The notes beneath the pieces were generated by a model. It worked only from the letters and a program-made list of their open reading frames with translations. It had not been told where the DNA came from and did not search any database. A stretch of DNA of 63,911 bases, the filler included, from Octopus bimaculoides (lineage: Eukaryota): the NCBI RefSeq assembly GCF_001194135.2. It is 8 parts of 7 records of this genome, joined end to end, with 100 filler letters (N's around TTAATTAATTAA, not from the genome) between each part and the next. Parts side by side here need not be neighbours in the genome. Positions count along the whole stretch, not along the records: positions 46,471 to 54,538 come from NC_068988.1; positions 54,639 to 60,013 come from NC_068982.1; positions 60,114 to 62,248 come from NC_068995.1; positions 62,349 to 63,911 come from NC_068993.1; 4 more parts are not named here. One strand, 5' to 3'. Of the stretch, positions 51,282-62,554 are shown one piece after another. A program made the translations under genes and the position numbers. Position 1 is the stretch's first letter. Every line of letters begins with the position of its first letter.

Positions 51282-51739
51282 ATATATGTATGAGTGCGAG
51301 CGTAGTTGTGTTTGCTTGTATGTGTGTGTTTCTATGTGTGTGTGCCTGAATGATTGTGCGTACACACAGAGACCTACAAGCACACATACTTATGCAGACA
51401 CCTTCACGCAAACACTCACCCACGTTTCTCTTACTGTCTCTCTATCGACTACTTTCTTCTTCTCACTAATCTCAAACATGCTTTCTTTTTCTTTTATACA
51501 TGTTCTCTTATATGCCTTTCTAATTCTTTTTTTGTTTTAGCTTTCTTTTCGTATTCCTTTTCTCTTCTTTCTTTTATTCCCTCTTTGTAATACTTCTTCC
51601 GAGCATTATGTTAAATTCCGTCTGCTTTTTTTTTTTGCTTTTTTTTTCTTTTTGTCCGGTTCTCTTTTGATTGCTTCCAGCCATGGAATAAAGCTGACAA
51701 ATTGCCTCGATTAAGAATGGGGGCGTAAAAAAATATGGC

Positions 51740-51895
51740 ATCATCCTCATCATCATCATCACCATCATCACCACCATCACCACCACCAACATCATAATCA
51801 TCATCATCATCATCACCATCACCACCACCATCATTATTATCATCATTAGAATCACTACCATCATCATTACCATCATCATCAGCTGCATCACCACT

Positions 51896-51936
<41 letters not shown>

Positions 51937-51974
51937 TATCATCACCATCATCATCATCACCACGATCATCACCC

Positions 51975-52006
<32 letters not shown>

Positions 52007-52207
52007 GGCAGCAGCAGCTGCAGCAGCATCAACATCAGCAGCAGTAGCAGTGACAGCATAGTAATTAATATCATCATCCTCGTGATCACCACCACCACCA
52101 CCGTCGTCGTCATCGTCATCATCACTACTACCGCCATCTTCATCATCATCATTATCATGATCCTGATCATGATCGTAGTCATCACCATCGCTACCATTAT
52201 CATCATC
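51740..52207. repeat. Long imperfect (CAT/CAC/CAG)n tract
   Basis: Directly visible. Confidence 0.95.
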
Positions 52208-52977
52208 GCGTTGTTTATTATCTGCTTTTAATCTTTCTCAAAAAACAATAAAATGAAAAAAAAACAGAAAAGAACCATAAGAAGAATAAAAAGAAAGAAG
52301 AAAAACCGAAGGAAACCAACTTTATTAATTGCGACAGCAGCAGTAAGATGAATGATCTTCCAAAGTGGTCGACCCGAATGCTAGAAAGAGCAGCCGTAGC
52401 ATTCTCAAACCACAGTGCAGTGTTTCGTATAACAGTCTTTTGAAAAATGCAATATGAAGTAGGTTGTCGGAAGGGAAGATGGAAACGTCATGGTTAGATT
52501 GTCTTTGATGATAGTTTTGCATGTAAGTTTTGATCTGGAACTAAAAGGCATCAGAGCAACAATATCAACAGCATACGGCTCCGCTTTATTTCTGATTAAT
52601 CTCTTTACTCTAAAATCGACTGACTATCTTGAGAAAATGCTTATGTTCGAGACATTGAATATTTTCCATTTCATCATGATCTGTACCACTACATTTAATA
52701 ATAAATAATAATAATAAGAGTGTCATATGCAATAAAGTGTATGCTCTTCTATGTTCTATTCCTTTTCATTCTTTGAAAACACACACACACACACAAATCT
52801 CCACAGAAAACAAAAGATGGATATGTTTGGAAACCATTATTTCCTCCTGCGCAGCAAACCTCATCATGTGTGAGTGTGTGTGTATTCACTGACTCACACA
52901 CACACATCCAACGGGCTACAAACAGTTTACAAATAATATATTTTAGTTTTTCCGTTACACCACTTTTCGTTAAGAAT

Positions 52978-53290
52978 TAATGCGCCCTTTTAAAGCCTAA
53001 CCAGGCTCATGGGCCTGGTTTCCCGGTTTCAATGGCGTATGTGTTCCCCAGCTGGACGGGACGCCAGTCCATCGCAGCGCTACTCATTTTTGCCAGCTGA
53101 GTGGACTGGAGCAACGAGAAATGANNNNNNNNNNGCAGCGCTACTCATTTTTGCCAGCTGAGTGGACTGGAGCAACGAGAAATGAAGTGTTTTGCTCAAG
53201 AACACAACGCGTCGCCCGGTCCAGGAATCGAAACCACAATCTTACGATCATGGTGCTGGTACCCTAACCACTAAGCCTCGCGCCTCCACT
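52978..53290 (-). mobile_element. tRNA-SINE with V-domain-like core
   Basis: Minus strand GCGATGGACTGGCGTCCCGTCCAG and GTTGTGTTCTTGAGCAAAACACTTC; head GGCGCGAGGCTTAGTGGTTAGGG. Confidence 0.85.
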
Positions 53291-53404
53291 TTCGTTAAGA
53301 AGCTAGAGTAAAATACACCTGTGTCATCCACCGTGCAAATTCGAGATCACTTAGTTACGTAAACGAAATCTTAAACCATATAAAATAGAATGAGAATTTA
53401 CTCT

Positions 53405-53765
53405 TTTTTACTCTTTTAATTGTTTCAGTCATTTGACTGTGGCCATGCTGGAGCACCACCTTTAGTCGAGCAAAGTAACCCCAGGACTTATTCTTTGTAA
53501 GCCTAGCACTTATTCTATCGGTCTCTTTTGCCGAACCGCTAAGTTACGGGGACGTAAACGCACCACCATCGGTTNNNNNNNNNNGGGGGGGGGAAACGCA
53601 GACACACAAACATATACACACACACATACATGCCTATATATACATATATACGGCGGGCTTCTTTCAGTTTCCGTCTACCAAATCCACTCACAAGGTTTGG
53701 GTCGGCCCGAGGCTATAGTAGAAGACACTTGACCAAGTTGCCACGCAGTGGGACTGAACCCCATC
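53405..53765 (-). mobile_element. Meta/MESC-like SINE
   Basis: CGGGCTTCTTTCAGTTTCCGTCTACCAAATCCACTCACAAGG. Confidence 0.9.
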
Positions 53766-53792
53766 GTATTTTTTCTCTTTATTCCTTTCTTT

Positions 53793-53847
<55 letters not shown>

Positions 53848-53959
53848 AAACATTTGATATCTCAATCATTTCCTTTATTTTAATTTTATTTTAAAATTTT
53901 CATTTTAGTTTTTACTCTTTTACCCCTATATTATTTCTATTCCTTTCTCATTTCTCTCT

Positions 53960-54450
53960 CTCTCTCTTTCTCCTCTCTGTATTTCTCCACTCTCTCCTAT
54001 ATACACTCATTCACTGAACTGATTTATGTGTTTCTTACTTTCTCGCTTTATATACACATTTACAATATGAATACATCATTCAAAATAATGCCAAATCACG
54101 CCTGAATTTACCTAGTATTTACTTCATTGAAGTACCGACCAACATCAATATCCTCTGGAATAAAACGAGTTGTGAACATTATCCTCTTGCCTACATTCTT
54201 CTAACTACCTTTACTCTGTATTCTTCTATTTTATTCCTTATAAACTGTGAATTTATTCCTTGTAAACTGTAAAATTTTCCTGTCTAAAATATTCATAACT
54301 TGTCTCTGATGACGGAATGCCCACTGCGTCGACATACTAAACTGCCGCTTGAGTTATCCCAGAAACTTCAAATTCAGCATACACTAATAAATGTATAGAT
54401 GATTTAAGATACTACTTCTGCGTTGAGTTTGATATTTCCTCTAATATGAT
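53960..54450 (+). mobile_element. Penelope-like pseudo-LTR with a crippled hammerhead
   Basis: Homologous to 61590-62100; CTGATGA at 54306 and GAAAC at 54362, but AGCTGTAAGGC is deleted. Confidence 0.75.
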
Positions 54451-54495
54451 CTCTCTCTCTCTATCTATCTGTCTGTCTGTCTGTCTGTCTGTCTA

Positions 54496-54538
<43 letters not shown>

Positions 54539-54639
54539 NNNNNNNNNNNNNNNNNNNNNNNNNNNNNNNNNNNNNNNNNNNNTTAATTAATTAANNNNNN
54601 NNNNNNNNNNNNNNNNNNNNNNNNNNNNNNNNNNNNNNT

Positions 54640-54760
54640 TGGGGATTAAGATGGTTTTCCCTTTTGTGAGCCATTCAGGCATTGTCTCTGGATCTGCTAT
54701 TATGTTGTTAAAGTTTTCTGCCAGCTTTTTATGCATTGCTGGCAGGTGTTTTAACCAGAA

Positions 54761-54770
<10 letters not shown>
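54640..54770 (-). mobile_element. Dong/R4 LINE RT N-terminal fragment abutting a (TAA)n tract
   Basis: NFWLKHLPAMHKKLAENFNNIIADPETMPEWLTKGKTILIP. Confidence 0.9.
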
Positions 54771-54815
<45 letters not shown>

Positions 54816-55363
54816 GTAGTAGTAGTAGTAGTAGTAGTGGCTGTAGTAGTTGTAGCATTTACTACAGAAGGCAGTTTCAATTTAAACATGGTTAAGCTGC
54901 CAACAGATATATTTAATTGAATTCTTATCAATTGATTTGCGTTGGGAGATGAAGAATACGAATGTATATATATATATGTGTGTATATATATATGTAATGT
55001 GTATGCGTGTGTGTGTGTGTGTGTGTGTATGTGTGTGTATGTGTGTGTGATTTCGGAGACGTACTTGTCTGGCGAGGGATTTGATCTGAGACATATATAA
55101 TACATTACATGCATGTGAAGAAGTGTGTGCACATGTGGTGTGTCCACATGTGTGTATGTATGTACGCATGTGCACGTGCTTTGTCTGTTCATCAAACATT
55201 GATGCTTTTAGTCATCCATGTTGCACACTACTCTGTCCGCTCAAAAATATTGGGCAGGCGCTTAAGCTTCACGCACACATACTCAATAGCACACGCATAC
55301 ATATATGCGTGTGTGTGTGTGTATATGCACGGGTATCTATCTATCTGTCTATCTATCTGTCTG

Positions 55364-55448
<85 letters not shown>

Positions 55449-56133
55449 TTATTTATCTATCTATCTGTATATCTATCTATCTGTCTGTCTGTATGTCTGT
55501 CTGTATATCTGTCTGTCTGAATGTCTCTNNNNNNNNNNNNNNNNNNNNNNNNNNNNNNNNNNNNNNNNNNNNNNNNNNNNNNNNNNNNNNNNNNNNNNNN
55601 NNNNNNNNNNNNNNNNNNNNNNNNNNNNNNNNNNNNNNNNNNNNNNNNNNNNNNNNNNNNNNNNNNNNNNNNNNNNNNNNNNNNNNNNNNNNNNNNNNNN
55701 NNNNNNNNNNNNNNNNNNNNNNNNNNNNNNNNNNNNNNNNNNNNNNNNNNNNNNNNNNNNNNNNNNNNNNNNNNNNNNNNNNNNNNNNNNNNNNNNNNNN
55801 NNNNNNNNNNNNNNNNNNNNNNNNNNNNNNNNNNNNNNNNNNNNNNNNNNNNNNNNNNNNNNNNNNNNNNNNNNNNNNNNNNNNNNNNNNNNNNNNNNNN
55901 NNNNNNNNNNNNNNNNNNNNNNNNNNNNNNNNNNNNNNNNNNNNNNNNNNNNNNNNNNNNNNNNNNNNNNNNNNNNNNNNNNNNNNNNNNNNNNNNNNNN
56001 NNNNNNNNNNNNNNNNNNNNNNNNNNNNNNNNNNNNNNNNNNNNNNNNNNNNNNNNNNNNNNNNNNNNNNNNNNNNNNNNNNNNNNNNNNNNNNNNNNNN
56101 NNNNNNNNNNNNNNNNNNNNNNNNNNNATATAT

Positions 56134-56164
<31 letters not shown>

Positions 56165-56482
56165 CATGTATATATGTATATGTATATATATTTATGTATC
56201 TACGTATGTATGTATATTGTTTGGCATCTACACACACAAACACACAACACACAATGCTCTGTGTTTCCGAGTTGTAATAGAAAAGGCGACAAATGGAAAC
56301 ATCGCCCGTTTATTGTCTATACATAATAAATAGCAAATTTACTATTAGCGCAGAAGCGCTGTCTGGCTCGCCTTAGCACCTCAGGCATGTAACACCAACA
56401 ACCTTGGTCGGCCAATGGAATAATTTCTGGACAGATGTTAAACGACGTTAAAAGCCCTTTGGCACAAATTTACTCAACTTAC

Positions 56483-56507
56483 CTCTGACTATCCTTCCGA
56501 TTCTTTC
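56483..56507 (-). CDS. Candidate 25-nt microexon (ERIGRIVR or KNRKDSQ)
   Basis: Long U-rich tract TTTTTTCTTTTTTTCTGTTTTTG...TTCAG| and perfect donor GAG|GTAAGT. Confidence 0.4.
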
Positions 56508-56624
56508 CTGAATTCATTACAAAAACAGAAAAAAAGAAAAAACCTACATAAAACATGATCAGACATATGATAAATTCGTCGTAATACTTTTGTTTTACGA
56601 TATACATCAACAAAACTCACAAGC

Positions 56625-56720
56625 AAGCGTGGCTGTGTGGTAAGAAGCCTGCTTCTCAGCCAAATGGTTTCGGGTTCAGTCACACTGCGAGGCACCTTGG
56701 GCAAGTGTCTTCTACAAGAC
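56625..56720 (+). mobile_element. Meta-like SINE head
   Basis: GCGTGGCTGTGTGGTAAGAAGCCTGCTTC...GGTTCAGTC. Confidence 0.8.
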
Positions 56721-56724
56721 AATC

Positions 56725-57240
56725 ATTTCCATGTAGCCACAACAGAAATTGCTGGAAAAAATAGGTGAGTTTTGGCTGATGAAAGAAATACTCGAAAAAG
56801 AGACCGAGAGCATTATACTGGCAGCGCAGGACCAAGTTCTGGCTACGAACAGAAGGACCAACTTCAGGAATGAGCAAGTGTCACTGCTGTGCCACATCTG
56901 CAACAGAGTGGATGAAACTATTGCCCCCTATCACGAAAGAATGCCCTAGACTTGCCCAAAACCATTACAAGTTGTGGCGACACGATCAGGTGGCGAAAGT
57001 GCTACATTGGAAACTTTACGAAAAGTGGGGGCGAGAGAGAGAGGGGGGACAAGACGTGGTATGGGCACAAACCGCAGAGAGTGGCAGAGTCAGACACTAG
57101 CAAAATCCTTTGGGATTTCCCAATCCAAACAGTTCAAGTGTTAGAGCATTACGGACCGGACTTAGTGGTGGTGGACAAGGCGCACCACATATGCTATATG
57201 GTTGATGATGTGTCAAGAAGGAAGGCGAAAACAATAAATA
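56725..57240 (+). mobile_element. Dong/R4 LINE zinc-knuckle/RLE remnant
   Basis: KETESIILAAQDQVLATN...CHICNRVDETI...RHDQVAKVLHWKL...KILWDFPIQT...PDLVVVDK. Confidence 0.9.
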
Positions 57241-57336
57241 CAACCCTGTTAAGTACAATTTTTTTCTAACCATTCGCTTTCTCTCTCTCTCTCTTTCTGT
57301 TGATTGTTTTCTCAGAGCTCTGAGAACTGAAATGAA

Positions 57337-57389
<53 letters not shown>

Positions 57390-58698
57390 TAATAATAAAT
57401 CTCTTGGATAGTGATTTTGGAAAGTCAACAACCACAAAGAAAACAGCTTACCACATAAGAAGTTGATCATTTCTATCTTTTATCAGCACCACAAGCATTG
57501 CTTGAACATGCCCCTGAGTAGCTTGTCACTTCCGATGGAACTGAAGTTAACTTATATGGAAGAGAAATGAACCATTTTTGATTATAAATTAACAGTAACC
57601 ATTCGCTTATAAGATAATGCAGTATAAAATACAACCACATAATCATATAAGGCCTTTGTGAAAGCCTTAAAATATCACAGCCATTGTTACGTTACTCATT
57701 TACGCGGTGGTTGCTCAAAGCTGTGGTTACCACTAAATCAGTGATCAATCATAACTCATCACTCAAAACTCAGCAAATGAAAACATTATATTAAAAGACT
57801 TCTCCTCAAAATGGTTAAAGAAAATTTCACGTAAACATTTTTGCTGCAGGAAAATTTGCGGTAAGAAAAGATAAACTGAAAAAAAAAAAAAAAAAAAGTA
57901 GATTAGCCGTTTTCTCAAAATGGCAACTTTATCAACTAATCGACCATTTCGAGAAAGGATATGTCTTTAATATGAGCTATTTAATTTACAGCCTCCTTTA
58001 CGGCTTAACGTCAGCCATTTTAGGGGTAATTTTTAAAGGATTCCATTAATATTGTACTCGTCTTTTATTTTATCAATCTCGAAAAATTAAAGGCTTAGTA
58101 AGCCGCAGCGGGATTTGAACTCGTAACACAAAGAACCGCAATACTGCACGGTATTTTTCCGATGTTCTATTGACTCTTCCAATCACCCGTCAAATTATGA
58201 GAAATTTTTTTTTTAATGGATGCTCTCATTCTGGGAGANNNNNNNNNNNNNNNNNNNNNNNNNNNNNNNNNNNNNNNNNNNNNNNNNNNNNNNNNNNNNN
58301 NNNNNNNNNNNNNNNNNNNNNNATCTTCATCGGCAGAAATGCAATAAGTCACGTGAGTGATCAAAGCTAAATGGCATATTTGCGAGACAGGAGACTATAG
58401 GAAAATATCAACGTAAAACGATTCGTTTATTTTTGCAATTAACCTCGATCTATCTCGGAAAAGAACAATTAAAATTGCAGAAGTTAATTAAAATTGGAAT
58501 TGAACTTTGATAGCTTTTTTGTGTTGTTTTTTGATCTTACGAACATCCTTCAGACGTTGTTAGAGTTGGCGCGCATGCACATATACACACACCTATATAT
58601 AGTTAAAGAGACTTTTTGGGTGAGGCTGGAACAATGCGAGAAGAAGCAAAGTACAGAAAGAAAACAAAACAAAAGAAAGTTGTAGTTTTAACCTAAAA

Positions 58699-58736
58699 TT
58701 TCTATATTTCGGGGCTATGACCCCTTCCTCAGGACA
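58699..58736 (-). ncRNA. Minimal hammerhead ribozyme with extra A
   Basis: TGTC-CTGAGGA-A-GGGG-TCATAG-CCCC-GAAAT-ATA-GAAA; helix I has one mismatch. Confidence 0.55.
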
Positions 58737-58904
58737 TGCGAGGAATGGAAAAAGGTCGTTGCTCAGTTGTGTGGGGGAGGAAGGTGACATGACCAGGTTG
58801 GTGTTACTATAGTAACCGGTCTGCTTTAACCCATTTTATCACTTTGTCCAATGTATTGGACAATTTTTCAGCATAAATATAAACTATGTTATTCTTTTAT
58901 TCTT

Positions 58905-59430
58905 TTATTTATTTCAGACATTTGACTGCGGTCATGCTGGAGCACAACCTTTAGTCGAGCAAATCGATCCCAAGACTTATTCTTTGCAAACCTAGTACTT
59001 ATTCTATCGGTCTCTTTTGCCGAACTTCTAAGTTACGGGGGCGTAAACACACCAGCATCGGTTGTCAAGCGATGGTGGGAGACAAACACAGACACACAAA
59101 CATACATACACACACAAACACACATATACATAAATATATATAAATCCAAGAAAAGATGAACAAACACAAGAAAAAACAACATCGTGAAGATGTGGTACAT
59201 GTAAAGTATTAGCAGACGTTCAGGGAAGGAAAGAAATGTGGTTTTACGTTTCGAGCAACGCTCTTCTTCAGAAACGGAGAAAAATCTAATAGAAAGGAAG
59301 ACAGACGTCAGGATTCTTTCAGTTTCCGAGTACCAAATCCACTCACAAGGCTTTGGTCAGCCCGAGGCTGTAGAAGAAGACACTTGCCCAAGGTGCCACG
59401 CAGTGGGACTGAACCTAGAACCATGTGAAT
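58905..59430 (-). mobile_element. Meta/MESC-like SINE interrupted at ~59150-59300
   Basis: Tail at 58905-59100; head AGAAGACACTTGCCCAAGGTGCCACGCAGTGGGACTGAACC at ~59375-59415. Confidence 0.85.
59241..59275 (-). ncRNA. Minimal hammerhead ribozyme with intact core and extra A
   Basis: GTTT-CTGAAGA-A-GAGC-GTT-GCTC-GAAAC-GTA-AAAC; helix I GTTT/AAAC, helix II GAGC/GCTC, loopless palindromic helix III ACGT. Confidence 0.75.
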
Positions 59431-59449
59431 GATAAGTAAGCTATCTTGA

Positions 59450-60013
59450 CTACTGTTGCCCACTGTGGTCTCCCCCATACGAAGCAACTCATTATGAAAG
59501 TGGAAGCACTCCAGAGGTTAATAAAAAGAAAGAAAGACGGCATGACAAGCATTGACTATTGGGGACGACTAAAACAACTATATCTCTTCTCTCTCCAATG
59601 CCGCCCGGAGTACTACATCATTTGTGTGATGTGGAAAATATTCCATCAATATTGCACAAATGATGTTGACATCAATTTTAAAATCCATCTAAGTGCTATC
59701 AGCCCACTACAAAAATCGAACTCGGTACACATAGCAAAATTACGTCACAATTGCTTTAGCTCAACTGGTCCAGCTTTCTTTAATATTATACCAAAATAAG
59801 TCAAAACGGAAACGGATCCCATAAAATTCAAAAGCTCACTGGTCAAATTACTCCCAAAAATCCTACACACGGATATGTCTCCAACAATAATAACTCTTTG
59901 CTAGAGTGGACCATGGTACCCCATATATGACTAAAAGACTTCACAAGGTGATGCTATTAAGTTAGACATGGCCCGGGTCTATGATGGCCGAAACCTGTCA
60001 AAGTTATCAAAGT
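59450..60013 (+). mobile_element. CR1/L2-group LINE 3' end
   Basis: VEALQRLIKRKKDGMTSIDYWGRLKQLYLFSLQCRPEYYIIC...RHNCFSSTGPAFFNIIPK followed by a 3' UTR. Confidence 0.85.
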
Positions 60014-60121
60014 NNNNNNNNNNNNNNNNNNNNNNNNNNNNNNNNNNNNNNNNNNNNTTAATTAATTAANNNNNNNNNNNNNNNNNNNNNNNNNNNNNNN
60101 NNNNNNNNNNNNNTATATATA

Positions 60122-60157
<36 letters not shown>

Positions 60158-60159
60158 TC

Positions 60160-60480
60160 ATGCTCTGTGTTTCCGCTAGAATCTATTGTTACCTCATCCA
60201 ATAAGCGCAAACTAAATTCCTAATACCTAAATATATATATAATCATAACATAGGTCAATAAAGCGCAAACACTAACGCCGAACATGATACCACCCGTAAC
60301 CATAGCACTATAACCACCATAAACCAGGATACGAACATCCCCGCTTCCGAGGAAGGTCGGATTACGGCTAAAACGACTGTTAATACTAATAGCACTACTA
60401 CTACTAAGGCTAATAACTCTAATGCAACAAGTCTCTACCACTATTGCTGCTGCTACTACTACTACTACTACTACTACTAC

Positions 60481-60534
<54 letters not shown>

Positions 60535-62110
60535 GAGCCAATCCCCTAATATTACCCTAAACTTTAACATGTCAATAAATAGTACAGCATCTTCCCTCTC
60601 TACAACTAACCCACGTAAGATAGATAATTGCAACTGCCGGCTCGGTTCCGAAGGCTCGTTGCAAGCCCACTGCAGAAGGATTAACGCAATATACAATTGC
60701 ATTGTCCACGACATATTACATAATTTTACTAGCTGCATCAGTTCCACTATTAATTTTAGACAGAGATATTCTGCACATCTAAACTCATTTAAATATGAAG
60801 AGCATAGCAAATCCACGTCCCTAGCCAACCACATACACCCTCTGATGAATAGGAGAGTACTGTATAGGATATCCTTGGCCATAATAGATTCTGGTGTCCC
60901 ATACCAAGGCCAGGCTTCATATGTGGATTCTGCCTGAAAGAAGCCCTCCAAATATTAATTTATAATTCACCGCAATTACTCAATAAACAACACGAAACAT
61001 TTTCTACGTGTAAGCATAAGTTCTATCGCACCTTTAGATTCTTCCATAGGTCCAAATGCAAGCAAAATCAACACACATAACAGCATCCATGCTCGGTACA
61101 ATATACGTACATTTTTCGTTTCCTTTTCTTTTCTATCAGCATAAGTATCTTAGAAGCTAGCTAGCTTTAATTCTTTAATTTTTAATTATTTTCATTTTTT
61201 AATTTTCAATTTTTTAATTTAATTTAACTTTTAATTCTTTAATTTGTATCCTTTATCTATTTAATTGTTGTCTTATCCTATATATACTCCCTTAAGCTAG
61301 GCATCTATCTTTAGCTATTGCTACTGACCACTGACCACACCTAACCTAGATTTCATCTATTTAATTGATAAATATAAATATCTTTCTCGTCCAGTTTACC
61401 GAAACCTTAACGCCTGACCTATCTCCCCGAACCGACACTTACGAAGAATAATACTGGCATCTTACCTCTATCTTTATTCATTTTATTTTTATTTCTTTTA
61501 TTTTTAATTTTACTTTACTTTCGCTCTCATTCATTCTTTCCCGCACCTATCCCATTCCTATTTTTTCTATCTTTTTCTCTCTTTCTCCTTCTTTTCTCAC
61601 GTTCTCCTCTCTCTCTATCCACTCATTCACAGACCACTTCTGTCTATCTTGATGTCTGCCTTTCTCACTCTATATACCCACGTGAACCATTTACACTTAA
61701 TACTTTACTTCAACACGAACGAATCATTCAAAATACTGCCTGGATTTACCTGTGATTATACCTAAGGCCTATACCTTCACAGAAGTACGGACCAACCTAC
61801 ATACTGTCCGGAAAAAGATGAACTGTGAACTTTATTCTCTTGTCTGTATTCTTCTATCTACTTTTACTCTTTATTCTTCTATTTTATTCCTTATAAATTG
61901 CGAATTTTCCTGTCTGGAACTTTCATAAATACTCGCCTTGTCTCTGATGACGGAATATCCAGTGTACGGACATGCTAGCCTATCACTTGGGATATCCCAG
62001 AAACAGCTGTAAGGCTTCAAATTCAGCTTACCGTAAATTATTATAAATGGCTTGAGATACTTGTCCTGCCTTGGTTTTTGCTGTTCTTTTCCTTAATATA
62101 TACCTGCTAA
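60160..62110 (+). mobile_element. Penelope-like element: T/N-rich linker, GIY-YIG remnant and pseudo-LTR
   Basis: NCNCRLGSEGSLQAHC...IYNCIV...FRQRYSAHLNSFKYEEHSKSTSLANHI...IIDSGVPY (60620-60940); hammerhead in the downstream pLTR. Confidence 0.85.
61940..62015 (+). ncRNA. Type-I hammerhead ribozyme in the PLE pseudo-LTR
   Basis: GTCT-CTGATGA-(long helix II GGAATATCC/GGATATCC)-GAAAC-AGCT-GTA-AGGC. Confidence 0.75.
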
Positions 62111-62359
62111 CACAAAAGCCTAATACGGATCCCTAGCTCAAGCCTCAGTTATGAACTTGGAACCTAACGGATGATCATTATAGCACTTAGTATACCTATT
62201 CGTTTAGATCACCAGTGAACTAAATCCATCATATTCTATATATATATANNNNNNNNNNNNNNNNNNNNNNNNNNNNNNNNNNNNNNNNNNNNTTAATTAA
62301 TTAANNNNNNNNNNNNNNNNNNNNNNNNNNNNNNNNNNNNNNNNNNNNATATATATATA

Positions 62360-62495
62360 TCTCCTTGTCTCCGTATTCTTTCTGTTGAAGAGCGTAGCTC
62401 GAAACGTCAAAGACTTTCCGTATTCCCGAGCGTCATACTAATATATACTTTTGTTATTTACACCACCTGTCTTCGTCTGTTGTTATTATTTGTAT
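62360..62495 (+). mobile_element. Short hammerhead-bearing repeat, related to 59160-59280
   Basis: CTGTTGA-A-GAGC-GTA-GCTC-GAAAC-GTC (core A6 mutated); downstream GAGCGTC..CTAATA resembles the 59.2 kb copy. Confidence 0.6.
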
Positions 62496-62503
62496 ATTCT
62501 CCC

Positions 62504-62536
<33 letters not shown>

Positions 62537-62554
62537 GATATATAGATATATATT

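Noticed and set aside
51574-52206. 210-aa poly-Met/Val ORF
   Set aside because: Translation of a (CAT)n tract
52430-52630. Minus-strand ORF with AVDIVALMPF resembling a channel S3 segment
   Set aside because: No S4 or pore motifs, weak acceptor, ends in a stop
53074-53185. 51-bp direct repeat within a SINE
   Set aside because: Also flanks a 10-N gap; assembly overlap
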